Source of the DNA: Patescibacteria group bacterium
Lineage (GTDB): Bacteria > Patescibacteriota > Saccharimonadia > Saccharimonadales > Saccharimonadaceae
NCBI GenBank assembly: GCA_030916565.1
Contig: JAUPWL010000001.1
Coordinates: 5,710 to 69,709 of the forward strand
DNA: 64,000 bases
Direction of reading: 5' to 3'
The notes beneath the pieces were generated by a model, which was not told the DNA's origin, did no database searches, and saw only the letters and a program-made list of their open reading frames with translations. Shown one piece after another: positions 44,549 to 53,255 of this stretch (positions within the stretch are counted from its first letter, which is position 1; each line of letters opens with the position of its first letter). A program made the translations under genes and the position numbers.

Positions 44549-45496
44549 ATGATTTTGGGGATTGATGAAGTCGGCCGCGGACCGTGGGCGGGACCACTCG
44601 TTGTAGGGGCAGTTGTGTTGGGCGGCGAATCTATTGACGGCCTGACCGATAGTAAAAAGTTATCGAAAAAACGTCGCGATGAATTTGATGTCCTCATCCG
44701 CGAGCGGGCAGCGGGATATGGGCTTGGCTGGGTACATGCTGATGAGATTGACGAGATTGGTCTATCAGAGGCATTAAGGCTCGCGACGAAGCGCGCCGTC
44801 GAGCTAGTTCAAGCGTCATATCATGAGATTATTATTGATGGAACGATTAACTTTTTGACCGGAACGACCAAGGGACAATATGTGACTACTATGCCAAAGG
44901 CGGATTTGTTGGTACCGAGCGTCAGTGCTGCATCAATCATCGCAAAGGTTGCACGTGATAACTATATGGCTGAACAAGATTCTATCTACGAAGGATATAA
45001 ATTTGCGTCACACGTGGGGTATGGCACGGCAGTTCACCGAGCTGCGATCGAAGCGCGTGGCGTGACCCAGCTGCATCGATTATCGTTTGCACCGTTAGCA
45101 AAATATCGATCGACTCAAGAATCTGTAGATCCGCTAGTTAAACAAACTATGCAGCAAAAAAATACCATGGGGACTGTTGCCGAAGAAGTAGTTGCGAACT
45201 ATTTGGAGCGTCATGACCATGAAATCATCGATAGGAACTGGAAAACGAAATATTGCGAGATTGATATAGTATCGCAAAAAGACGGTGTCGTGTATTTCAC
45301 GGAAGTAAAGTATCGCCGACAGTCTAACCAGGGTGGTGGATTCGCGGCTATTACGAAAAAGAAACAAGATCAAATGACGTTCGCATCCAAGATCTACACA
45401 AAGGCAAAACAAATGCATGACAAAGATTTGCTCCTTGCCGCAGCATCCGTAACAGGAGAGCCTCCTGTTGTTGAAGACTGGTTGACGCTAGATTAG
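44549..45496 (+). CDS. rnhB: fusion of ribonuclease HII and a YraN/UPF0102-type PD-(D/E)xK endonuclease domain
   Basis: N-terminal RNase HII (GIDEVGRGPWAGPLVVGAV, DSKKLS). The C-terminal ~115 aa matches the YraN pattern (GTVAEEVVANYLE..CEIDIV..YFTEVKYR). Confidence 0.85.
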   Translation: MILGIDEVGRGPWAGPLVVGAVVLGGESIDGLTDSKKLSKKRRDEFDVLIRERAAGYGLGWVHADEIDEIGLSEALRLATKRAVELVQASYHEIIIDGTINFLTGTTKGQYVTTMPKADLLVPSVSAASIIAKVARDNYMAEQDSIYEGYKFASHVGYGTAVHRAAIEARGVTQLHRLSFAPLAKYRSTQESVDPLVKQTMQQKNTMGTVAEEVVANYLERHDHEIIDRNWKTKYCEIDIVSQKDGVVYFTEVKYRRQSNQGGGFAAITKKKQDQMTFASKIYTKAKQMHDKDLLLAAASVTGEPPVVEDWLTLD

Positions 45497-47083
45497 CTCG
45501 TCTTTTTTGTCGTTGAGGAATTGTGTCCATTGGCGGACGAGACGCAAGATTGTTTTGAGTGGCAATTCAATCAATAGGTCGAGGACCATCGCAACAATAT
45601 TGACTTTGCTATAACGGTAAGAAATCTGCTGACCGACGTAGATAAATGGCATATAAACGACATCACGAATGAGTGATAGCGTGCCCTGGGGTGTGTTGAC
45701 AACCTCTAGTTCGTGTATCAAACGTGATAATCGGAATGCCAGGAAACTAGCTGTTGATAGGAATATAAAGAATATGAATCCTTGGACGATAGTGAATTGC
45801 ATTTTGTATAGAACCCACGTCAGGCCGGTGAATACAACCAAGAATGTGATTGCGTAGAGTGCGTTGAATCCGACAGATAATTTTTCTTTCTGCAGACGGA
45901 TTTGGGATGTCGTTGCTTCGTTTGCGAATAGCATGCCGCTGACATGATTAATGACCGCAGTGGTGTTGCGTGGCAACGGCGTTGATAGCGTAAGACGAGA
46001 TACGGCGATAAACAATGCAGGAAAGAGCAGGTTAATAAGGAACGGTACCCACAAGATTGCACCGATTGTCAGCATGTCATAAGGGACTTCTATGGCGAAC
46101 CCAATGATACCCTTTGTAATCAGGAGGAAGATGATACTGCGGATGATTCCAACATCCAGGCGTTTGTTAAGGTCCATATATTCCTGATCGATGTGTCGAT
46201 GCAGGTTCTGTTCGAGGGATTCGGGTGATTTGAGCGACTGTGTTGTTAGTGGCCCGTCGGCGCGGAAAAACCCTGTGTAAATGAATCGTAACGGGGCGCC
46301 GTTTTTGCTGACAACGCGTGTTGCATAGACGACGGTGTTGGAATCAAATAAGCGATTGAGTTTTTGGTTGAATGATTCGAACTGTTTGACGTCATCGATA
46401 TCCTGGCGGTAGCTGTCAATCAGTGCTGTACGAATGGTTGCTTCGTCAGATTTAAGTAACGCACGATGGACGGCAACGTAGAGAACGATCGATAGGTCTT
46501 CGTTGTCGATACGTTCGTTGTTTTTGATGAGTTTTTTTGTATCGATTTTGTCGTACAGCGCGGTATAGGCAAAATGCGCAAAGAGCAACTGGCGTACATG
46601 ACTTTGTAGAGTTTGTTCGCAGCGGACGGATAGTACATCAAGGGTCCATTTTTGGAATGCAGCGCGTTTGGCTGGGCTACGATGTGTTTCGGCATAGTCC
46701 CAGTAGGCGTTGTAATAACGTTTGATGTCACGTGCGATAGCTTTAACATCTGTTTTAGTTGTGTGGTCGTTCGGTAGATATTCGGATTGTGTCAGTTCGG
46801 CGATTAATTCGTCGGCCAGATGATTGGTCGTGACTTTTGCGTGGAATGACAGCACGCGGTTAAGATAGCGGCGTATTGCACGCTGCTGTAATAGGTCGCC
46901 TTCGGAGTATTCGGACGCATTGCGAAGCTGCTCGTATGCGGTTGAGATAGTACTGCCGACTGTCGGAATATGTATCGTATCTTTTTCGCGCCGAGCAAGT
47001 ATTGCGGCTTCGTAGGCTTCAATCTTTTGAAGCGAGTCAACGAGATTTATACCCAATTGACTGAGCTGAGAATGTTGGTTCAC
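45488..47083 (-). CDS. large uncharacterised membrane protein (soluble N-terminal ~300 aa plus about 6 TM segments)
   Basis: 531-aa ORF with a GTG start 5 nt after the pepN stop. No family motif recognised. Confidence 0.6.
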   Translation of the reverse strand: MNQHSQLSQLGINLVDSLQKIEAYEAAILARREKDTIHIPTVGSTISTAYEQLRNASEYSEGDLLQQRAIRRYLNRVLSFHAKVTTNHLADELIAELTQSEYLPNDHTTKTDVKAIARDIKRYYNAYWDYAETHRSPAKRAAFQKWTLDVLSVRCEQTLQSHVRQLLFAHFAYTALYDKIDTKKLIKNNERIDNEDLSIVLYVAVHRALLKSDEATIRTALIDSYRQDIDDVKQFESFNQKLNRLFDSNTVVYATRVVSKNGAPLRFIYTGFFRADGPLTTQSLKSPESLEQNLHRHIDQEYMDLNKRLDVGIIRSIIFLLITKGIIGFAIEVPYDMLTIGAILWVPFLINLLFPALFIAVSRLTLSTPLPRNTTAVINHVSGMLFANEATTSQIRLQKEKLSVGFNALYAITFLVVFTGLTWVLYKMQFTIVQGFIFFIFLSTASFLAFRLSRLIHELEVVNTPQGTLSLIRDVVYMPFIYVGQQISYRYSKVNIVAMVLDLLIELPLKTILRLVRQWTQFLNDKKDELI

Positions 47084-47088
47084 GTTGA

Positions 47089-49632
47089 CTATTGTAGCAC
47101 TTTTCGGTCGAGGGTGAGCGCTTTTAGCGCTGTATTAACGGCAACTTTATCACGTTCGATCAGATCAACGCGAGCTTCGATTTCGCTGATGCCAAGCGTA
47201 ATCACGCGAGTCAGTGCAGGAATGCTTTTCTTTGGTTCAAAGAACGCTTTGTATTCGTTGAGGTGCTGCTTGGTCATCAGGCCACTGGCGCTGTAGCGTG
47301 GGAAATCGTCGTAGCTTTTGTCGCCACTGAATGTCTGTTCAACCCAATCCCAGTTGTCTCGGATCCATTGCCATGCCTGGTCGCGACTGTCGCGACTGCG
47401 GACGAGATAAATGAACCAGTGGAATACATCTTGAGGTTTGATGACGTCAGTGTCTTTGATTGTTTCGAGTAACATGGCGATTTTGTCATTGTCACGTGTG
47501 CTCGTCACGCCAACGCATATGTCGAGTTTAAGTTCGCTCGATTGGGTTTTGCGGTGTGCTGCCAGCAAGTCATCAACGATCGACGGGTCGCCATAGCGTG
47601 CGACGGTGCTAATGATGAGTGCGCGGAGTTCAGGGTTGAGCTGTTCGAGTGGTGTCGAGTCGTATAGTTCGCGGGCTTTGGCTAGCGCATCGGCATCTTC
47701 ACCATAGAGCATCAGTCCGATAATTGTACTGCGCAGTTTGGTGTCTTCTTCACTTTCGTTGTCGCGTGGCTCCCATCCTAATCTGTCGTAGTGTTCACGG
47801 GCTATCCAGGCAGATAATTGTCGTAGTTTTTTCTCGGCATCTGGGTCGTCTTCGACGAACTTTCGCAGTTCGGCTATGGCGAGTGCAATTGTGTTCCAAA
47901 CAGGCTCGAGTGTTTCGTGCTGATATGCCTGTATGAGTGGAATTAGTTGATCTGTTGTCATGACGCCGCCACGTGCGAGGAGTGTTGACTCGTCGAGTAA
48001 CTGAACGCGACCAATCGCATCCAGTGTGCCGTCGGCAATCTGGTCAATGAGATGTTGACGGCTGAGCGGGTCGTAGTTCGTGATGAAATGCGCACTATCG
48101 CTGCGGTTGAGTCGAATAGGGTTGGTTGACGGGAATGTAATTGTTGGGTTGTCGAGTAATCGTGGCGCGTTCTTGTCGCTAGCGTCGAGCGGTACAGGCC
48201 ATTGTTTGTCGGACGGCTGGTGCGGGCCGATAAAGAACTGCTTTTGCGACAGTGTGATATGTTCATCGTCGCGAGTAACAGTAACAACTGGATAGCCAGA
48301 TTGCGAAATCCAACGGTTCATAATTGAAGTAATTTTTTCACCGCTGGCTGCTTCGAGGGCATGCCATAGATCATCACCGACAGTATTGCCATAGGCGTGG
48401 TCAGTGAAATATTGCTTCAGACCGGCGCGGAACGCTTCGTCACCTATGTAATACTGCACCATGCGCATGAGGCGTCCGCCCTTGGCGTAGACGATTGCAG
48501 AATCAAACAGCGTACTGATTTCGTCTGGATGGTGTACCTCGACTTGAACCGCTTGAACGCCGTCCATACTGTCGCGGCGCAGAGCAATGACCGTTTCATG
48601 GGTAATTGCACGGAACCAGATATTCCATTCAGGATGCAGTGCATCAATTGATAGGTATTCCATCATGTTGGCAAAACTTTCGTTCAGCCACAGATCATTC
48701 CACCATGCCATTGTCACGAGGTTGCCGAACCATTGGTGTGCTAATTCGTGTGCCACTACGAGCGCGACATGTTGGCGCTGATCGATGCTGGAGTTTTTGG
48801 GATCGGTCAGAAGGGCAATCTCGCGGTAGGTAATGAGACCCCAGTTTTCCATAGCGCCAGACGAAAAGTCCGGCAGGGCGATATGGTCACTTTTTGGTAG
48901 TGGGTACGGTGTACCGAAATAGTCGTCATAAAATTCGATTAGTTCAACAGCGCTTTTGAGTGCAAAGTCGAGACTGCCCGATGGCTGTGCGACGGTTGCA
49001 TAGACATTAACCTCGACACCACTATTTGTGTGGGCGGTTTTGCGCTGCAGGTCACCGACGACAAACGCCAACAGATATGTGCTCATACGTGGTGTGGTAT
49101 CGAACACGGTTGCCAGACGTTCGTCTGCGGTCTCTTGTGTAGCAACGGGCATGTTGGACAATACGGTCTGATTTGTCTCAGTGATAAGTTTTAGACCAAA
49201 CGTTGCCTTGGCAGCAGGTTCGTCGACACACGGAAAGACTTCGCGTGCATGATGTGATTCAAATTGCGTCGCCAGCAGTTCTTTTTTGACACCGTCATGT
49301 TCGTAATAGCAGGGGTATAGTCCGTGCATCGGATTAGTGATTTTGCCAGTGTAGTGAATAGTGACCGTATGACTACCTGCTGCCAGTGCTGTTGGGACGG
49401 TGAGGCTCAGTTCGTCATTATTGCCATATGTTGACAATGCATCTTCGCCATCGATTGTTGCGGATGTTACCTCGAGATCTTTGGCATGCAGGCGAATTGA
49501 TGCGCTATCGGCGCTAGTGACGCCGGTGATCGTGACGGTACCAGTGAATGTTCGTCCTGGGCGGTCGAGGTCTAGTGTTAGTTCATAGTGTTCAGGGGCA
49601 AAGAAATCTATCAGTCGTTCTACAGTATCCAT
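47089..49632 (-). CDS. pepN: aminopeptidase N (M1 family)
   Basis: GAMEN motif (SGAMENWG) and zinc motif HELAHQWFGNLVTMAWWNDLWLNESFA. Confidence 0.95.
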   Translation of the reverse strand: MDTVERLIDFFAPEHYELTLDLDRPGRTFTGTVTITGVTSADSASIRLHAKDLEVTSATIDGEDALSTYGNNDELSLTVPTALAAGSHTVTIHYTGKITNPMHGLYPCYYEHDGVKKELLATQFESHHAREVFPCVDEPAAKATFGLKLITETNQTVLSNMPVATQETADERLATVFDTTPRMSTYLLAFVVGDLQRKTAHTNSGVEVNVYATVAQPSGSLDFALKSAVELIEFYDDYFGTPYPLPKSDHIALPDFSSGAMENWGLITYREIALLTDPKNSSIDQRQHVALVVAHELAHQWFGNLVTMAWWNDLWLNESFANMMEYLSIDALHPEWNIWFRAITHETVIALRRDSMDGVQAVQVEVHHPDEISTLFDSAIVYAKGGRLMRMVQYYIGDEAFRAGLKQYFTDHAYGNTVGDDLWHALEAASGEKITSIMNRWISQSGYPVVTVTRDDEHITLSQKQFFIGPHQPSDKQWPVPLDASDKNAPRLLDNPTITFPSTNPIRLNRSDSAHFITNYDPLSRQHLIDQIADGTLDAIGRVQLLDESTLLARGGVMTTDQLIPLIQAYQHETLEPVWNTIALAIAELRKFVEDDPDAEKKLRQLSAWIAREHYDRLGWEPRDNESEEDTKLRSTIIGLMLYGEDADALAKARELYDSTPLEQLNPELRALIISTVARYGDPSIVDDLLAAHRKTQSSELKLDICVGVTSTRDNDKIAMLLETIKDTDVIKPQDVFHWFIYLVRSRDSRDQAWQWIRDNWDWVEQTFSGDKSYDDFPRYSASGLMTKQHLNEYKAFFEPKKSIPALTRVITLGISEIEARVDLIERDKVAVNTALKALTLDRKVLQ
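47091..47099 (-). promoter_or_regulatory. extended -10 TGcTACAAT spanning the pepN stop codon, 7 nt before GTG 47083
   Basis: The reverse complement of 47091-47099 reads TGCTACAAT. Confidence 0.35.
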
Positions 49633-49640
49633 ATATATCT

Positions 49641-49648
49641 ATTATAAT
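49641..49648. promoter_or_regulatory. palindromic ATTATAAT giving overlapping -10 boxes for divergent pepN and the DUF1524 gene
   Basis: On the + strand, TATAAT at 49643-49648 lies 6 nt before ATG 49655. On the - strand, TATAAT (reverse complement of 49641-49646) lies 8 nt before ATG 49632. Confidence 0.5.
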
Positions 49649-49654
49649 CGAAGA

Positions 49655-50362
49655 ATGTCTGAAAATAGGGAACGATCTCGACGGAATATCGCCGTGTTGG
49701 TTATATTGTTCGTCATTGCGGTTGCCGTCGTGACGAGTAGTGACTCATGGAATCCTGCCATTCCCTCGCAATCATCATCATCTCGTCATGCAGCAGGATC
49801 GGCGGCAGAGCTACTTGCAACGATTCCTGTAAAAGGACGTGCACCAAAAACCGGCTATACTCGAACGCAGTATGGTGATGGATGGGCGATAGTGAACGGA
49901 TGTGATACACGTAATATTATTTTGCATCGTGATATGCAGCACGTCGCTATTGATTCGACCTGTCATGTGCTATCTGGTACGTTGAATGATCCATATACGG
50001 GAAAAGTTATTCAATTTCATCGGGGAGCAGATAGTAGTGGCGATGTGCAAATTGATCACGTTGTCGCACTGAGCGATTCATGGCAAAAGGGTGCACAGCA
50101 ATTAACACGTGAACAGCGTCGTGCTTTGGCGAACGATCCATTAGAACTATTAGCCGTTGACGGTCCGGCCAATCAGACGAAAGGTGATGGAGACGCAGCG
50201 ACATGGTTACCGCCCAACAAATCATTTCGGTGCCAGTATGTGGCTCGACAGATTGCTGTCAAAGCAAAATATAAATTATGGGTAACGCAGCCTGAATATG
50301 ATGCGATGAAGCAGGTGTTGAGCCGATGCCCTGGTCAGATTTTGCCGACGGCGCGTGATTGA
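49655..50362 (+). CDS. exported/membrane-anchored DUF1524 (GmrSD C-terminal, His-Me finger) nuclease-like protein
   Basis: N-terminal TM/signal segment (IAVLVILFVIAVAVV). Motif DIDHVVALSDSW..LLAVDGPANQTKGDGD. Confidence 0.7.
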   Translation: MSENRERSRRNIAVLVILFVIAVAVVTSSDSWNPAIPSQSSSSRHAAGSAAELLATIPVKGRAPKTGYTRTQYGDGWAIVNGCDTRNIILHRDMQHVAIDSTCHVLSGTLNDPYTGKVIQFHRGADSSGDVQIDHVVALSDSWQKGAQQLTREQRRALANDPLELLAVDGPANQTKGDGDAATWLPPNKSFRCQYVARQIAVKAKYKLWVTQPEYDAMKQVLSRCPGQILPTARD

Positions 50363-51330
50363 CGTTTGTCTATTTCGTCTTCGATTTCGTGACCGACAAT
50401 TTCTTCGATCAAATCCTCGATCGTAACGATCCCGACGATATGGTCATCCTTTTCAACAGGAATGAGGTGTGTACCGGTCGAGATGAATCGGCGTAGTAGT
50501 GTGTCGAGTGCTGTGCGGCTACCAACCATTTGCACGGGATGAAGATCAAGATCATCGACGCGATAATTATTGTCGTCAAAGTCTATATCAACAAGGTCTT
50601 TCATGAGTAGTACACCATAACATTGCGTCAATTTGTCGTTAAATATCGGAATACGACTACGGCCGACTTCTTTAATTTCATCAATTTTCTCGGGACTCAG
50701 CGCAGTGGACGGGGTTAACCAATAGACTTGGTCAATTGGCAGCAAAATGTCGCTAATGCGCTTTTCGCTGAGCTGCAAGGCTCCGCGGATTATTTCTACC
50801 TCGTCATCGTCGAGCTCGCTATCTTCGTGGTGAAGATGCTCGCTAATGATAATGCCGAGTTCCTGACGGCTGTGCAGTTGAGATGATGTCGGTTTGTCGA
50901 AGAGCCTATCAAGTAACAATTGAATAGGCTTTGAAATTGGGTACGTCACAACAATCATGAGGCGCATCACCCATGCAAAACGAGCGCAAAACATCAGTGC
51001 TCGGCGGCTGAAGTATGCTTGCGGTACAATCTCGCCAAAAATCACCATAATGATCGTTGTTATCAATCCTGCGAACACTCCAATAAGGACGCTCTCTAGT
51101 ACGAGCGATGTTGTTGATACGGCAGCCACATTCGTGAGTAAAATTGCTGCAAGTGTAAGGTGGGTGTTTTTACGGAGTGGGTAGACTTTGATCGCCCTTG
51201 GGTTGCCAAGTTTTTTCTTGCGACGTAAATCATCGATGCTGAGTGACATCAGTGCAACGTTCAGGCCCGAGCAGAGCGCTGACACACATACTAATACCAG
51301 CACGATAAGAATAATAATTAGAATACTCAC
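50335..51330 (-). CDS. CNNM/DUF21 transmembrane plus CBS-pair protein (HlyC/CorC family, no CorC_HlyC C-terminal domain)
   Basis: Four N-terminal TM segments and a CBS pair. GTG start. Its 3' end overlaps the convergent gene by 28 nt. Confidence 0.8.
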   Translation of the reverse strand: MSILIIILIVLVLVCVSALCSGLNVALMSLSIDDLRRKKKLGNPRAIKVYPLRKNTHLTLAAILLTNVAAVSTTSLVLESVLIGVFAGLITTIIMVIFGEIVPQAYFSRRALMFCARFAWVMRLMIVVTYPISKPIQLLLDRLFDKPTSSQLHSRQELGIIISEHLHHEDSELDDDEVEIIRGALQLSEKRISDILLPIDQVYWLTPSTALSPEKIDEIKEVGRSRIPIFNDKLTQCYGVLLMKDLVDIDFDDNNYRVDDLDLHPVQMVGSRTALDTLLRRFISTGTHLIPVEKDDHIVGIVTIEDLIEEIVGHEIEDEIDKRQSRAVGKI

Positions 51331-51382
51331 GAGTTAACTCTATGATACAACATGACGATAATGTTAGTAAAGCGGTTCATGA

Positions 51383-51904
51383 CTATGATTGGCTGTTGCG
51401 AGCAGCGAGGTCCGCGAGGATTTTGGCCCATGTCACACCGTGACGCCGTTTATACATCATTTCAAGTTCACGGGCATTCCGTGAAATATCCTCAGCTAGT
51501 TCTTCGTCGCTGAGTGGCGAACGGAAATCGTCGAACGATTGTGGAGCAGGCATCAATGTTTTTCTTAGTTCATCTTCTTTGGTCTGTGGCCATACATGAA
51601 CGTGGAGGTGATTCATTTTGATGCCGTTTTCTGCCTGCAGTGGTTGGAATTTTTGAATAGTCATTGTGCCATAGCCATAATCAACGAGACTGGCGAGGAT
51701 TGCCGCCTCTCCCATTACTCGTCCTAAGATACGTTCAGGAATTTGGTCCATCGATTCATAGTGATCAGCCGGAACGATCAGCAGATGGTTGCGGCGGAAC
51801 CGAGGTGCAGATACAAAAGATGTAAAATCGTCGGTTCGGTTAAATACGCGATCACCGAGGTCTTCGGGGTGACAGAAATTGCAGCCGTGTCGTCTTTCGT
51901 TCAT
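51383..51904 (-). CDS. HIT-family nucleotide hydrolase/transferase
   Basis: Histidine triad HLHVHVWP. SD AGAGGA upstream. Confidence 0.8.
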   Translation of the reverse strand: MNERRHGCNFCHPEDLGDRVFNRTDDFTSFVSAPRFRRNHLLIVPADHYESMDQIPERILGRVMGEAAILASLVDYGYGTMTIQKFQPLQAENGIKMNHLHVHVWPQTKEDELRKTLMPAPQSFDDFRSPLSDEELAEDISRNARELEMMYKRRHGVTWAKILADLAARNSQS

Positions 51905-51957
51905 TTTTTCCTCTATTGCATAAGCACCACACGTATGGTACTATCATTGTAGTACAT

Positions 51958-51981
51958 TCCGGCCGTCAGGTCGGATTTTTT
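51958..51981 (+). terminator. intrinsic-terminator-like hairpin in the nusA 5' leader (candidate attenuator)
   Basis: Stem TCCGGCC / GGTCGGA (7 bp, one G-U pair) with loop GTCA, then TTTTTT. It lies between a TGgTACTAT -10 box (51936-51944) and the nusA ATG at 52004. Confidence 0.5.
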
Positions 51982-52003
51982 CATACAAGAAAGGATTCAT
52001 ATT

Positions 52004-53128
52004 ATGGAAGATTTAAACATTAAGCAATTGACCTTGGCTGTTCGCACTATCGCCGAGGAAAAGAATTTGCCAGAAGAAACAGTTCTGAGTGTTATCGAGC
52101 AAGCAATTGCTGCTGCATGGCGCCGAGATAACGGCGAGCGTGATCAAGAAGTTCGCGCTGAGCTTAACGTCAACGATGGTACGGCAAAAGTATATGTTGC
52201 TCGTGAAGTTGTTGAAGTTGTTGGTAGCGATGCTGTCGAAATCAGCCTTGAAGACGCAAAAAAGGTCAAAAAAGACGCTGAACTTGGCGATTCTATTGAA
52301 GAAATGCACGAAGTCACTTCATTTGGTCGTGTTGCTGCACAGACGGCAAAACAAGTGGTGTTGCAGCGTCTCCGCGAAGCAGAGCGTGAAGTTGTCCTTG
52401 GCGAATACGAAGACAAGATCGGTACGGTTGTGACTGGTACTGTCCAGCGTGTCGAACCACGTGTCATCCGCGTCGAACTTGGTAAGGCAACTGGTATTAT
52501 TCCTCAGTCTGAACAAATTCAGGGTGAATACTACAGCATCGGTAGCCGTATTAAAGTATTTATCAAAGATATCGAACGCGACAACCGTGGTCCACAGTTG
52601 ATTTTGAGCCGTGGCAACGAAGCATTCGTTCAGTACCTATTCGGTCAGGAAGTTCCTGAAATGGAGAGCGGCGCTGTTGAAATCAAAGCAATCGCTCGTG
52701 AAGCTGGTCGCCGTACGAAATTGGCCGTTGCCAGCACGGTTCCTGGTGTCGATCCGGTCGGTACATTTGTTGGTGGGCACGGTACTCGTGTCCAAGCTGT
52801 TATGAACGAAATCGGTGACCAGGAAAAGATCGACATCGTTACTTACGATGAAAATCCAGAACAATTCATCCGCAACGCGCTCAGCCCAGCTGAAGTTGTA
52901 AAGGTTGAGATCAATGAAGCAGACAAGCACGCGAAAGTATTCGTTGCCGAAGACCAGCAATCTATTGCTATCGGTCGTGGTGGCCAGAACGTTCGATTGG
53001 CTGCACGTTTGACTGGTTACGAACTGGACATTGAAACAGCTGTTCCTGAAAAGAAGGCTGAACCAAAGCCAAAGAAGAACATCGAAGACAGTCTATTGAA
53101 CGCTGTTGACGAAGCTGCCGAAGAATAA
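52004..53128 (+). CDS. nusA: transcription termination/antitermination factor NusA
   Basis: 374 aa with an N-terminal domain, an S1 domain (GTVVTGTVQRVE) and two KH domains (IAIGRGGQNVRLA). No AR repeats. Confidence 0.95.
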   Translation: MEDLNIKQLTLAVRTIAEEKNLPEETVLSVIEQAIAAAWRRDNGERDQEVRAELNVNDGTAKVYVAREVVEVVGSDAVEISLEDAKKVKKDAELGDSIEEMHEVTSFGRVAAQTAKQVVLQRLREAEREVVLGEYEDKIGTVVTGTVQRVEPRVIRVELGKATGIIPQSEQIQGEYYSIGSRIKVFIKDIERDNRGPQLILSRGNEAFVQYLFGQEVPEMESGAVEIKAIAREAGRRTKLAVASTVPGVDPVGTFVGGHGTRVQAVMNEIGDQEKIDIVTYDENPEQFIRNALSPAEVVKVEINEADKHAKVFVAEDQQSIAIGRGGQNVRLAARLTGYELDIETAVPEKKAEPKPKKNIEDSLLNAVDEAAEE

Positions 53129-53150
53129 TTCTTATCAACAAAATAGTAAA

Positions 53151-53181
53151 TTAGCACTCCATTGACGTGAGTGCTAATTTT
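53151..53181 (+). terminator. intrinsic terminator after nusA
   Basis: 9-bp stem TTAGCACTC / GAGTGCTAA with a 9-nt loop, followed by TTTT. Confidence 0.65.
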
Positions 53182-53191
53182 ACGCTATACT
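53162..53191 (+). promoter_or_regulatory. sigma70-type promoter of clpC (TTGACG-N18-TATACT)
   Basis: The -35 at 53162-53167 sits in the loop of the nusA terminator. The -10 is at 53186-53191. The leader is about 60 nt with GGAGGA 6 nt before the ATG. Confidence 0.5.
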
Positions 53192-53255
53192 CGGTATAGC
53201 TATCGGTGCATGTAGTGAAATAGACCGCTTGCACAGATGCCATGGAGGATTGATA

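Noticed and set aside
53129-53255. CtsR-type operator (tandem GGTCAAA repeats) upstream of clpC.
   Set aside because: No GGTCAAA-like direct repeat is present. The region is explained by the nusA terminator, a sigma70-type promoter and an SD.
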